In this document: piece after piece, positions 10,325 to 18,772 of the stretch | Layout: every line of letters starts with the position of its first letter | Position numbering within the stretch: position 1 is the first letter of the stretch | Source: Candidatus Omnitrophota bacterium | Lineage (GTDB): Bacteria; Omnitrophota; Omnitrophia; Omnitrophales; Aquincolibacteriaceae | Direction of reading: 5' to 3' | Length of the DNA: 64,000 nt | Assembly (NCBI GenBank): GCA_043821445.1 | Contig: JBDRCT010000036.1 | Span: 25,879-89,878, forward strand | Notes under the pieces: generated by a model | What the model was told of the DNA's origin: nothing | The model's database searches: none | The model's input: the letters and a program-made list of their open reading frames with translations, nothing else | Translations under genes and position numbers: made by a program

Positions 10325-10358
10325 GGTGAACCCCCTAAGTTAGAAAGACAAGACGACC

Positions 10359-11300
10359 TCAATTAATCAAAAATGGAGGTTGTTCTTTTCGTGGTTCGTT
10401 CCTATAGAGGAAACCTTCCTTGTCATAATAGTTGAGCCAACCATCCTTGGCGATAACCATATAGGCGCCTGAAGAATTCCCAGGTTTGTCGGTTAGCCGT
10501 TCCTCACCAGCAACACGTGTAACCGAAAGCTTTTCTTCGCTGCTGTTTCCTTCCTCGTATATTTTTTTTATAAAATATTCTTCCCCACTCTTTCGAATCA
10601 CAACAATGTGAAAAGGGATAGACCAGACATTAAACCATCTTCCCAACACAACCCCACTGTTATAATCAGATGACTTATCGAGATTGCTTTCGGTGTAAAG
10701 TTCGGATTGTTTAGGTTTCATAATCGCATCTAGGGATAAAATCTCACCACATTGTTTCAAGGCATCATTTAAAAAATCGAGACGAATGTCCATTTGCGGA
10801 TTTTTTCCTTTCAACAAATCCCCATAGTCGAAACGTAAATTAAATAAATAAGACAAGGCGACTAACATTTGCCGCTTTGCTTCAGCGCTTTCTGGACACG
10901 TCGTAGAAACCGATTGGGTTTTTTGTTTTAGGGCTTCGAGTTGTTTTGACCAATTAGCTGACCAGCCACTCCACGGCAGCTTTTGAAATTCTTCCGCTGC
11001 CTTTAAATCATCACCTTTGAGAGCGTAAGCTAAGCTTATAGAGGTATCTTCATGGTTGGGGTTATAATTTTGTTTTTTAAACTCCTGATATTTATTTATT
11101 AACTCTCCATGCATTTCCTCGGTTTGCTTTAAAAGGATTGTTAGCTCATTCAGTTCCGAATGTTTGACTATATATTCATTTTTTATACGGGACGTGCCGT
11201 TTTCTTTTACAATTACTGTGGTTGCATCACAAGGAAACGGTAGTATCAAAATCAGCAAAAGAGAGAATAGGGCTTTAATTATCGAAAGATGTTTTCTCAT
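10359..11300 (-). CDS. Secreted hypothetical protein; C-terminal domain shared with 9539-10324
   Basis: Signal peptide; GRWF..GEERL..YDxEGF domain. Confidence 0.7.
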   Translation of the reverse strand: MRKHLSIIKALFSLLLILILPFPCDATTVIVKENGTSRIKNEYIVKHSELNELTILLKQTEEMHGELINKYQEFKKQNYNPNHEDTSISLAYALKGDDLKAAEEFQKLPWSGWSANWSKQLEALKQKTQSVSTTCPESAEAKRQMLVALSYLFNLRFDYGDLLKGKNPQMDIRLDFLNDALKQCGEILSLDAIMKPKQSELYTESNLDKSSDYNSGVVLGRWFNVWSIPFHIVVIRKSGEEYFIKKIYEEGNSSEEKLSVTRVAGEERLTDKPGNSSGAYMVIAKDGWLNYYDKEGFLYRNEPRKEQPPFLIN

Positions 11301-11400
11301 AAATCCCCTTTACGCTTTGTAGACTATCGTCTTCCGCAGAAGCTTTAGTTTGAATAAAAAGCAGACAGAAAAAACAGCTTTTATTGCGTGAGAATGTTAA

Positions 11401-11622
11401 TCAGCGATTAAGATATGCTTGGTAAGCGCCATCAATGAGAAATTGCTCAGGCGTACCAGTGGCCCTAGACTTGTTGGCGATACTAGATTTAATTTCAGAG
11501 GGAGTTTTGCCAATCACGGAGGCGATGTAGTTTATTTTTTCCTCATTGCTTTCGGCATAGGCTTGAACTATAGGGCACGTCAAAAAACATATTAAGAGAA
11601 GTATAGCTATACGCAGATTCAT
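11401..11622 (-). CDS. Small secreted hypothetical protein
   Basis: Signal peptide ending AYA; AAGGA RBS. Confidence 0.55.
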   Translation of the reverse strand: MNLRIAILLLICFLTCPIVQAYAESNEEKINYIASVIGKTPSEIKSSIANKSRATGTPEQFLIDGAYQAYLNR

Positions 11623-11660
11623 TGTGGCTGTCCTTCGTGGGTTTATCGTTAGTATATTTT

Positions 11661-11945
11661 TTAGTTCGTATCGCTAACTTCAAATAGACCGTACATTCTG
11701 CTGATGCTCATTGATAAGACGTTTGAATCGCTGGAATCATAGAAACTATTAAAAGCACCGTAATAAAAATTCCAATCATGCTTACCAATGCTAGCTAAAT
11801 TTTGACAAATATTGACTTTGGCTTCATAGTTCGCTTTTTGCCAAGCATAGCCATCATCAGTCATGGTTAAGCTGTCAGTAGCAAGAGCCACTGAGCACAC
11901 CGTCAGGAAAAGAAGAGTAAGAACGGTTATTTTCTCCTGGCTCAT
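11661..11945 (-). CDS. Small secreted hypothetical protein
   Basis: Signal peptide ending ALA; GGAGG RBS before ATG at 11945. Confidence 0.6.
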   Translation of the reverse strand: MSQEKITVLTLLFLTVCSVALATDSLTMTDDGYAWQKANYEAKVNICQNLASIGKHDWNFYYGAFNSFYDSSDSNVLSMSISRMYGLFEVSDTN

Positions 11946-11958
11946 ATTTCCTCCCATT

Positions 11959-11993
11959 TTGTAGACTATCGTCTGTAGAGTTATAGTCTACAT
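11959..11993. promoter_or_regulatory. C-protein (controller) double operator
   Basis: 35-bp TTGTAGACTATCGTCTGTAGAGTTATAGTCTACAT with outer inverted repeat TGTAGACTA/TAGTCTACA, directly upstream of a C-like HTH gene. Confidence 0.75.
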
Positions 11994-12029
11994 TTAGCAA
12001 TCATATGCCTCAAGGATATTCTGGGGTAT

Positions 12030-12251
12030 ATGCAAACCATACAAAAAGCTTTCGGGTTAGCCGTCAGGAAATACCGCTATGGGCTAGGTTTGTCTCAAGA
12101 GGAATTTGCTGAAAAGGCGGGGATTCATAGAACCTATGTCTCGGATATTGAACTGGGCAAGGTCTCTATCGGGCTAAGCGTGGCTCAAAAGCTAGCTTCG
12201 GTATTTGGTTTGAAACTGAGCGAATTAATCAAAAAAGCCGAGAAATATTAG
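12030..12251 (+). CDS. XRE-family R-M controller (C protein)-like regulator
   Basis: 73 aa; LSQEEFAEKAGIHRTYVSDIE (HRTY recognition helix). Confidence 0.8.
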   Translation: MQTIQKAFGLAVRKYRYGLGLSQEEFAEKAGIHRTYVSDIELGKVSIGLSVAQKLASVFGLKLSELIKKAEKY

Positions 12252-12372
12252 TTTCCCGCTTTCACCTTCCTTTAAATCTGCTAAAGAATTAAAAACCTGT
12301 CAAATCGATTTTTCCCCCTGGGGGAATTTAGCTAAAAAGGGCTATTTTTGACATTACAGCTCTTCTTTTTCT

Positions 12373-12429
12373 TTATGGCTATCACCCCTATTAGGAAGGA
12401 ACCCAGGGGCTTAAATCGCTTTTAATGGC
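12373..12429. repeat. Non-coding direct repeat, copy 2 (copy 1 at 4691-4746)
   Basis: TTATGGCTAT plus exact 20-mer CTTAAATCGCTTTTAATGGC at 12410-12429. Confidence 0.8.
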
Positions 12430-12539
12430 TTGTTTTTCTTCGAAGGGTATATAGCACAGTTATTTGCGAGCAGATACATTGGCAAGAATTGCGAAAGCTT
12501 TAAAGATACCTGCTGGAAAATTGCTTGTCCTTTAATCTG

Positions 12540-13121
12540 TTAGACCTGATTAATCGCTTCCCCGCTCATTGCTTTGCGCGCAGGCTTATCGATATTATTT
12601 TCTTGTCCGCTGATTGAGGGAATCCATATTGGAAATTTATACAGCAAGCTAAGTCTTTTTTGTTCCAGAGCCGCCAGCGATACCTGCTCAGTAGCGATTC
12701 TCATATCAATCATTACTTTAATAAGACCCCCGCTATATTCCGCACTTTCTTTTTGAGAATCAGAAATACTCCCCTTAGCCTTAGCTATTTCTTCCTCCAA
12801 TCGCTTGATTTCTTTTGTTGAATCAACAGCTTCATCAATCGCTTCCCCATTTACCGAGTAGCTAATTTTTATGAACTTATTAATTCCCTGCCTTTTTTGC
12901 TCTAACATGGCTAGTGTATTTTTATAAATTTGCTCTCTAACTGTTAATAAATCTAGGACTAGTCCTCCAGAATAGTTTTGCTTCTCTTTTTGAAGTTCAG
13001 CTACCTGGGCGTTAAGACTTGTGATTTCTGAATCTATTTTTTTGGTATCGATTGGTTGGGCGCAACTCGTCAGCATGAGCGATAGAAGAAAAAGTATCCC
13101 CCCTCTTTTCGGGCTTTTCAT
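12540..13121 (-). CDS. Coiled-coil lipoprotein with an internal duplication
   Basis: Lipobox LTSC; repeated YSGGL..R....LA.LEQKR. Confidence 0.7.
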   Translation of the reverse strand: MKSPKRGGILFLLSLMLTSCAQPIDTKKIDSEITSLNAQVAELQKEKQNYSGGLVLDLLTVREQIYKNTLAMLEQKRQGINKFIKISYSVNGEAIDEAVDSTKEIKRLEEEIAKAKGSISDSQKESAEYSGGLIKVMIDMRIATEQVSLAALEQKRLSLLYKFPIWIPSISGQENNIDKPARKAMSGEAINQV

Positions 13122-13129
13122 ATGGCTCC

Positions 13130-13699
13130 TTATAATTGTTTTACTGCTTTTTCTTCATTAAGTTTTTTGGCAATTACTGCCAGCGCCTTGCATTCGTATC
13201 TAATCATCAATCCTAAGGTGAAGTTATCCCCAAAAAGCACTAACTGAATAATGGATTCTGGGGTATCCCACTCCGAAAAATAGGCGCCTTCGCCGGTAGA
13301 AATTGCCGTTGCGTCGTCTATGAATTGATTGTCGCTACCTTTTCTTGCTTTTTGTTTCGGTTCGCCGTATTTCTTTTTTAAGAGACTCTCAAATTCATCG
13401 AACTTTGAAATGTAGGTTTTTTTATTTGTTGTTTTTATTTGTATTAAAACCCCCGTTTGATAAAGCTTTCTTTCGACAAATTGAAAGCCTATTTGAACAT
13501 TTTCACCAGAGATCGTGCTTAAGAAAAACGGGGTCCCATCGCTGTCCGTTTTAAAATCCATATTAGGAAAAGCGGCTTTGACTTGCTCAAGACTCATTCC
13601 CCACTTAGCATTTTGATAGCCCTCTGTAAAATCAGAAGCACTACTGCTGGTGATTGGCATTATTAAAAGAAACATTAGCATTAAGGTTCTTTTCCCCAT
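13130..13699 (-). CDS. Secreted hypothetical protein
   Basis: Signal peptide; GYQNAKWGMS, KYGEP. Confidence 0.7.
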   Translation of the reverse strand: MGKRTLMLMFLLIMPITSSSASDFTEGYQNAKWGMSLEQVKAAFPNMDFKTDSDGTPFFLSTISGENVQIGFQFVERKLYQTGVLIQIKTTNKKTYISKFDEFESLLKKKYGEPKQKARKGSDNQFIDDATAISTGEGAYFSEWDTPESIIQLVLFGDNFTLGLMIRYECKALAVIAKKLNEEKAVKQL

Positions 13700-13717
13700 T
13701 ATTCTGTCTCCTTATCT

Positions 13718-13912
13718 TTAATCAAGAAACGTTTGAATAACTTCTATTTGTTCCTTAGTCGGTTTTGTCTCACCCAGCTCCAGCCGGGCAATGTAATCCT
13801 GACTGACACCCATTCGTTCAGCAAGCTCAACGATTGTTACTCGCTTTGACTTACGAATATGACGAATCATGTCACCAGGGGTTACGAAATATGGGGCGTC
13901 TTCTTCTGTCAT
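13718..13912 (-). CDS. XRE-family HTH protein
   Basis: TIVELAERMGVSQDYIARLELG. Confidence 0.75.
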   Translation of the reverse strand: MTEEDAPYFVTPGDMIRHIRKSKRVTIVELAERMGVSQDYIARLELGETKPTKEQIEVIQTFLD

Positions 13913-13927
13913 TGCTTTTTCAATTTC

Positions 13928-14491
13928 CTAAAGTTGGTACGTAGCCTTCACTCTTACTGAGTCTTTAAGATACGTATACCAAACAATAACATATACGCCT
14001 GTTTGAAATAAACTGATGAACGTCGGCTGCAACATGGCCTTATTCGCTTCTTCAGGAAGTCCTCCCATAAATGGTAAAATCGCACCTACCACATTACATC
14101 CTATAGAAAACAACAGATATCTTTTAGCCATTTGAACAGCACCTGCCTTTATTTTCCACAGTCCGACGCCCGCATAAATGCTAAAGGCCATAATAACCAA
14201 GTTAAGGAAAGTAAGTATAACGCAAACGACTAGGAATCTTGGAAACTGGCCAAACAGCTGCGACGTGTTCGAGTATAATCCAGCAATGTCTCGTATTATT
14301 CCAATGGGCGAAAGCATTGTAAGGCTAATACAAAAGAATAACAGCCATCCATCTACTCCCGCGTAAGTTTTGGTTGTTTGCTGAGTCATCGGCGCAATTT
14401 CACCGGTATTTAAATCACTTTTGCATTTCCAACATATAGACAACGCTGGATTGTTTTTTTCTTTACATTTAGGGCATGCTTTAGAGTTCAT
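13928..14491 (-). CDS. DUF2569-like membrane protein with an N-terminal zinc finger
   Basis: CPKC..N..CWKC; GVDGWLL; YLKDSVRVKATY. Confidence 0.65.
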   Translation of the reverse strand: MNSKACPKCKEKNNPALSICWKCKSDLNTGEIAPMTQQTTKTYAGVDGWLLFFCISLTMLSPIGIIRDIAGLYSNTSQLFGQFPRFLVVCVILTFLNLVIMAFSIYAGVGLWKIKAGAVQMAKRYLLFSIGCNVVGAILPFMGGLPEEANKAMLQPTFISLFQTGVYVIVWYTYLKDSVRVKATYQL

Positions 14492-14804
14492 GCTTCTCTC
14501 CTATCTTATTCCGCAGCGTTAACAAATAAATTCCTATTCCCATATCAATTGGAAACCAGATTAATCTAACTAAATAAACTGGAAATAGTGGGTTAAAGAG
14601 AACGGCAATGATAATCAAAGGGATTTTATGCCCCTTAAGGGCTTCATCCTGCCCGAGCTTTATCGCTGCATACACTGTAATGCCGCACACGAGAAGCCGA
14701 AGAAGCGTATAAAAGCCATACGGCCAGATTGGGATGACGGCTAGAAAAAGAATAATAGCCGCTATCAATAAGAGGGATTTTAATTGGTCTTGTAACTGAC
14801 TCAC
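14481..14804 (-). CDS. DUF6804-like small membrane protein
   Basis: PYGFYTLLR, AVLFNP, W..ID. Confidence 0.65.
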   Translation of the reverse strand: MSQLQDQLKSLLLIAAIILFLAVIPIWPYGFYTLLRLLVCGITVYAAIKLGQDEALKGHKIPLIIIAVLFNPLFPVYLVRLIWFPIDMGIGIYLLTLRNKIGEKHEL

Positions 14805-14816
14805 ATGAGATTCTCT

Positions 14817-15479
14817 TTATCTTGAGGTTGTTTCGTTCGAGTCTAGACCTAACTGCCTTTGAAGTGTGCCTCCACATTTCCAGCAAGACAAAAGGTCTGG
14901 GTTGTTTTTTTCATAACATGACGGGCAGATTCTACTGCCAGCTATGACCTCTCCCGCTGAATCCGCATTTACCGTTGCTCTAATCTCATATTTCTTTTGT
15001 TCAACCGTCTCGTAAATAGATCCTAACCACGCAGCATAAATTCTCATCCCATAGGTAATAATTAATCCCAAAACTATTCCTCCGGCGGCGGCCCATTGCC
15101 TCGCAAATAAAAGTCCAATGCAAGCTATGGGAGATACAGCGGGAAAGTAAAATAGGAGGAATAGAGCAAACCATTTCAAATAAAAAACAACCGTTAAAAA
15201 AGAAAAAAGCCATACCGCTGCCCCGCACGAATAAGAGAGAACCATGGATGTTATCGCCATAGAACTTCTTAGTGGCTGGAAAAAAGACAGTGGCAAAACG
15301 ATGAATAAAAAGACCAGGATAGAAAGGCCTGCGAGCCATGAAACAATCGGGTAAAGAAAAGCAGAAATCGCCGTAAATCCTGCAAACATTGCTCCAAAAA
15401 GAAGCATAAATCCGGCCATTATTGCGAGTCCTAGTAAAACGCTGCCACTTTGTTTTAACATTTCTGTGATGTTAGCCAT
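14817..15479 (-). CDS. Polytopic membrane protein with a C-terminal zinc finger
   Basis: About 5 TM segments; CPSCYEKNNPDLLSCWKC. Confidence 0.65.
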   Translation of the reverse strand: MANITEMLKQSGSVLLGLAIMAGFMLLFGAMFAGFTAISAFLYPIVSWLAGLSILVFLFIVLPLSFFQPLRSSMAITSMVLSYSCGAAVWLFSFLTVVFYLKWFALFLLFYFPAVSPIACIGLLFARQWAAAGGIVLGLIITYGMRIYAAWLGSIYETVEQKKYEIRATVNADSAGEVIAGSRICPSCYEKNNPDLLSCWKCGGTLQRQLGLDSNETTSR

Positions 15480-15512
15480 GAAAGCTCCTTTGTTCTCTCT
15501 ATTTTTGTTTCT

Positions 15513-15767
15513 CTATGGCTTACAAACCTTGCATGGAATATACCCAGCCTGCATTGCCTCTTCCTTGCTGCTGAATCCAACGAGGTTAGAGGGCTTAATT
15601 CTTTTTGCCCAAACACAAGATGGACGATGGTATTTATTCGATTTACTAGACCCCACGTAAGTCATTTCCTGCTTCTGGGCATAGGTAGTGGGTGTTACTA
15701 CATGGGGAAAAACGAGGATGGAGATTGTGAGAATAACGCTAACGAGAAACGGGCGTAGTAGTTTCAT
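15513..15767 (-). CDS. Secreted Ada metal-binding-domain protein
   Basis: YVGS..SNKYHRPSC..EEAMQAGYIPCKVC. Confidence 0.8.
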   Translation of the reverse strand: MKLLRPFLVSVILTISILVFPHVVTPTTYAQKQEMTYVGSSKSNKYHRPSCVWAKRIKPSNLVGFSSKEEAMQAGYIPCKVCKP

Positions 15768-16362
15768 TTTCTTTTCTCCTTATTTGCTCCGAAAGTTTCA
15801 GCTTGGCAATGTAATCTAGAACAGACTTTCTTTGCTCTTCAGTGAGTCCCTCATACTCTGCAATCAGTCCTTTAATTTCATCATCTCCAACGGTCATCTT
15901 CCAAAGCCCAAGTTGCTTTTCCCGAGCTTCTTGTTCAAGTTTCCTGAATTCCTCTAGTCGCTTAAAGGGAAATCTCGTATATGCAAACCCATAACCTTGC
16001 TTGATTATTTCGGCATTAAGAAACAAACCGTCTGAGTCTCGATAGACATAAGCAAGGGTGCGACCATACTTGTCTTTCTTCTCCCAATCATATTCCAGTC
16101 GGATTTCTTTTCCTTCCATCAATTTTTTAACAAACTGGTATGCCTCTTCAGCAAAGTACTGAACGGGTTTACTAGGGTGGTGTAACTCCGGAGTATCTAC
16201 GCCTATTAAACGCACTTTTTCACCGTTGGAGAGCTTTATAGTATCGCCGTCAACGCAACGAGCAACAGTAAGAGAATCGGTGGCTGTGGAGATCCTAGAA
16301 GTAAAAAGGGGGCTGCCCAAGATGAGCAGCCCCCAGAATGCTATTCGTTTATTCAGTCTCAT
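15739..16362 (-). CDS. Thermonuclease (SNase family)
   Basis: VDGDTI, VRLIGVDTPE, DKYGRTLAYV, AREKQLGLW. Confidence 0.9.
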   Translation of the reverse strand: MRLNKRIAFWGLLILGSPLFTSRISTATDSLTVARCVDGDTIKLSNGEKVRLIGVDTPELHHPSKPVQYFAEEAYQFVKKLMEGKEIRLEYDWEKKDKYGRTLAYVYRDSDGLFLNAEIIKQGYGFAYTRFPFKRLEEFRKLEQEAREKQLGLWKMTVGDDEIKGLIAEYEGLTEEQRKSVLDYIAKLKLSEQIRRKENETTTPVSR

Positions 16363-16377
16363 AGAAACAGCTGGTTA

Positions 16378-16593
16378 TTAATACCAAGCTTTCTTGTAAC
16401 CCTTTTGGCCCGTATAAGGGTTCACATTGCCTTGGGTGCTGTAATTGTTCATCTGCGTGCTATCAGGGTTTGAGCGATAATGCGGTGCAACATATGTCCC
16501 ATTCCTGCGAGTGTATCCATTCACGTACCCAGCAAAAGCGGGGGCTTGAAGGAGTGTTAGCAATAACAACACAAAAGCAAATATTTTCTTCAT
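16378..16593 (-). CDS. Small secreted protein of a common mobile-element family
   Basis: Signal peptide; YVNGYTRRNGTYVAPHYRS..GNVNPYTG. Confidence 0.75.
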   Translation of the reverse strand: MKKIFAFVLLLLTLLQAPAFAGYVNGYTRRNGTYVAPHYRSNPDSTQMNNYSTQGNVNPYTGQKGYKKAWY

Positions 16594-16623
16594 CGTGCAC
16601 CTCTTTGGTTATCTGGTATTTGG

Positions 16624-16935
16624 CTACGAATCGCTTTCGCTATCTTCTGACCAATCATCTTCGTTGCTGTCGTCGGAATAATCATTCAAAGAAACGCTTA
16701 CAATATCACCTCTTGAATTAGTTCCAGAGGCTTCTCCCCCGCTAATATCCCCTCCATAGACGTTCATGTCGCCACCGTTTGGCCAATGAACCTGAGTAAC
16801 CGACCCATCCTCAACTTCGACAGGAACTGTATAACTACCGCTTTCCGTGGTTACCGTTGCATCATATTCGTCGCCATAAGCAAAAGGTGTAAGCAGAAGA
16901 AACGTTGCAAGGAATATAGCTAACAAATCATTCAT
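16624..16935 (-). CDS. Secreted acidic hypothetical protein
   Basis: ATG at 16935 followed by a signal peptide; D/E/S-rich tail. Confidence 0.6.
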   Translation of the reverse strand: MNDLLAIFLATFLLLTPFAYGDEYDATVTTESGSYTVPVEVEDGSVTQVHWPNGGDMNVYGGDISGGEASGTNSRGDIVSVSLNDYSDDSNEDDWSEDSESDS

Positions 16936-16940
16936 CGTTA

Positions 16941-17096
16941 TCAATGGCAATGCCTTTCTCCATAAGGGACACCCCACTTCTCGCAATTGGTGCGACAGTA
17001 ATGACAGCCATCTGAAGCAGTGCGTCCTGGGTGGGCAAAAACTACTACTTGGGCGAGACAAAGCAACAGTAAAGTGAGGGCGAGTATCTTCTTCAT
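16941..17096 (-). CDS. YHYH-like secreted His/Cys peptide, 51 aa, not in the ORF track
   Basis: Hand-translated MKKILALTLLLLCLAQVVVFAHPGRTASDGCHYCRTNCEKWGVPYGERHCH; GGAGG RBS. Confidence 0.75.
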   Translation of the reverse strand: MKKILALTLLLLCLAQVVVFAHPGRTASDGCHYCRTNCEKWGVPYGERHCH

Positions 17097-17320
17097 GGCG
17101 AGCCTCCCTTTGTAGGCGGGTAGTATAAACCTAATTAATATGGCTGACTAGACGAGTTTCCTTGGACAAATCCTCTGTCTGGTGTCTATATGGTGACTAA
17201 AATAGGTCCAAATTAATCAAAATACAGCAAACTACTTACAAATAAAAAAATAGCGCAACCCATCTAGTTTGGATAAGTTGCGCTTGTTGTATTTGGAAGA
17301 TTTTTTTAGCGGTTGGCGGT

Positions 17321-17359
17321 TCCGTAGTGTGGTGCTCTATCCAATTGAGCTACGGGCGC
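17321..17359 (-). pseudogene. 5' half of tRNA-Arg(ACG), truncated at the end of the anticodon loop (att site)
   Basis: GCGCCCG TA GCTC AATTGGATA GAGC A CCACA CTACGGA, then no TGTGG partner and no T-arm. Confidence 0.85.
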
Positions 17360-17538
17360 AAACTACATTAATTTTTCTTTTAATAAAGGCTTGTTTGCGG
17401 CCTGTCCTGATTTCGTTGATTTGTCATGAAAAAATCAGGGCGGGTACTTGAGGGGCGCCATTATACGTATTTTGAGAGGAAAAGCAAAAACAGACTTCTG
17501 CTCAAGACGCCGGAGATATTCGACCGAACGCTGACCGT

Positions 17539-17934
17539 TTATTGCGCTTCCCTCATGCTTTGTTCCATTTTCTGCTGAATGAGTCGGGCCTGAGCGGCCG
17601 CGGCCTGCGCCTGGGCCTGCATTTCCTCTCCCAAGGTCGGGCCGAGCTTTTTTTTGATCGCCTGGGAGGTTTCCCACGACTCATCGCTCATCTGCTTCAC
17701 CGGATTCCATCCCGGGATCCGCTTGAAAAGATTGTCTTCGGGATTAAGGGTCCACCAAGGCTTTCCTTTAAAATCGATCTGCCCCGGGTCGATCCCCATT
17801 TTCATGAGGGCTTGGGCATTATGATCGGGGTTTTTTTGCAGTTTGTCCCAGAGGACCTTGAAGTCGATCCGCAATCCCGCCGCAAAAACCAGGGCCGGGA
17901 TCAGGACGAGCGCCAGCAAAAACCATTTCTTCAT
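17539..17934 (-). CDS. Secreted hypothetical protein
   Basis: AGGAGG RBS; signal peptide. Confidence 0.65.
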   Translation of the reverse strand: MKKWFLLALVLIPALVFAAGLRIDFKVLWDKLQKNPDHNAQALMKMGIDPGQIDFKGKPWWTLNPEDNLFKRIPGWNPVKQMSDESWETSQAIKKKLGPTLGEEMQAQAQAAAAQARLIQQKMEQSMREAQ

Positions 17935-17990
17935 CGGAAGCCTCCTTTGACTTTAAAGTGCCGGCCCTGGGTGCGCCACCTTCATTCGCC

Positions 17991-18554
17991 TTATCTTTTC
18001 TTTTTTTTGCCGCGGGATTTAGAAACAGGTTTTTTGCCGCTTTTCGCGGATTTGGATTGCTTGCCTTTGGACGTGGCGGCCTCCCCCTTGGATTCCCCGC
18101 CGGTGGCGGGTTTTAATGCTCTCAGATGATGCGGCACGACAACATGCGAGGTCAGGTCCTTAGGAACATGGCCGGCTTTCCGGATCGCAAAACATTCCGG
18201 ACAATAGACCGGACGGTCCCCGCTCGGCTTAAAAGGCACCTCACAGCGCTTACAACAATCGGCACAGACCGCCTGGTAAAGAATTCTTTCGCGCTGGCCT
18301 TGGTTCTGCTGAGGACTCTGCTCCTGCCGCGGGACAGACTGCACGTGATAAGACGGCTGCGGGCGCTGAAACTCCTGGACCGCGCGTCTTACCTCGTTCG
18401 GGAAGGCCAGGGTCCGGCCAAGCACTTGATCCGTTTTCCTCTCCAAGTTCTCGAGCCGTTCTACGAACTTCGTCATGATGGTGACGAGGTCCGGTAGTTC
18501 GCTTTTCACCGCCGAAGACCTTTTGGATTTTTTTGCTTTTGCTCGTTTTGCCAT
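17991..18554 (-). CDS. CxxC-x17-CxxC domain protein
   Basis: AVCADC..EVPFKP..RPVYCPECF; AAGGAGG RBS before ATG at 18554. Confidence 0.85.
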   Translation of the reverse strand: MAKRAKAKKSKRSSAVKSELPDLVTIMTKFVERLENLERKTDQVLGRTLAFPNEVRRAVQEFQRPQPSYHVQSVPRQEQSPQQNQGQRERILYQAVCADCCKRCEVPFKPSGDRPVYCPECFAIRKAGHVPKDLTSHVVVPHHLRALKPATGGESKGEAATSKGKQSKSAKSGKKPVSKSRGKKKKR

Positions 18555-18581
18555 GAGAAATAACCTCCTTTCCCTAAGTAG

Positions 18582-18717
18582 GAACGGCGGAGGGGGGGAT
18601 TTGGCTCCTTCCGCTCGCCTCGTAACACGAGGCAAGCTTCTGGTAGGCCACCCGCCCTTGAAACATGACGCCAGTCATGTTTCATTTCAGGGCTCCCTTC
18701 AAATCCCCTTCCCGTTC
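18582..18717. repeat. MITE-like structured element with termini resembling a tRNA 3' end
   Basis: GAACGG..GGGGATTTG / CAAATCCCC..CCGTTC inverted ends and two internal hairpins. Confidence 0.55.
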
Positions 18718-18772
18718 AAGGACAGCAGCTTCCTCGGCTGCCGCCTTGACCGTCATTGATTAACAAAATAAA

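Larger units (their letters stand above)
1..17327. mobile_element. AT-rich integrative genomic island; left end probably outside the window, possibly composite
   Basis: Visibly lower GC than the DNA right of ~17.4 kb; tyrosine integrase plus excisionase; ends at a truncated tRNA-Arg; defence and hypothetical cargo. Confidence 0.8.

Noticed and set aside
8562-17096. Integron cassette array
   Set aside because: Spacers are mostly RBS-length or overlapping, no recurring attC-like sites were seen, and the integrase is phage-type
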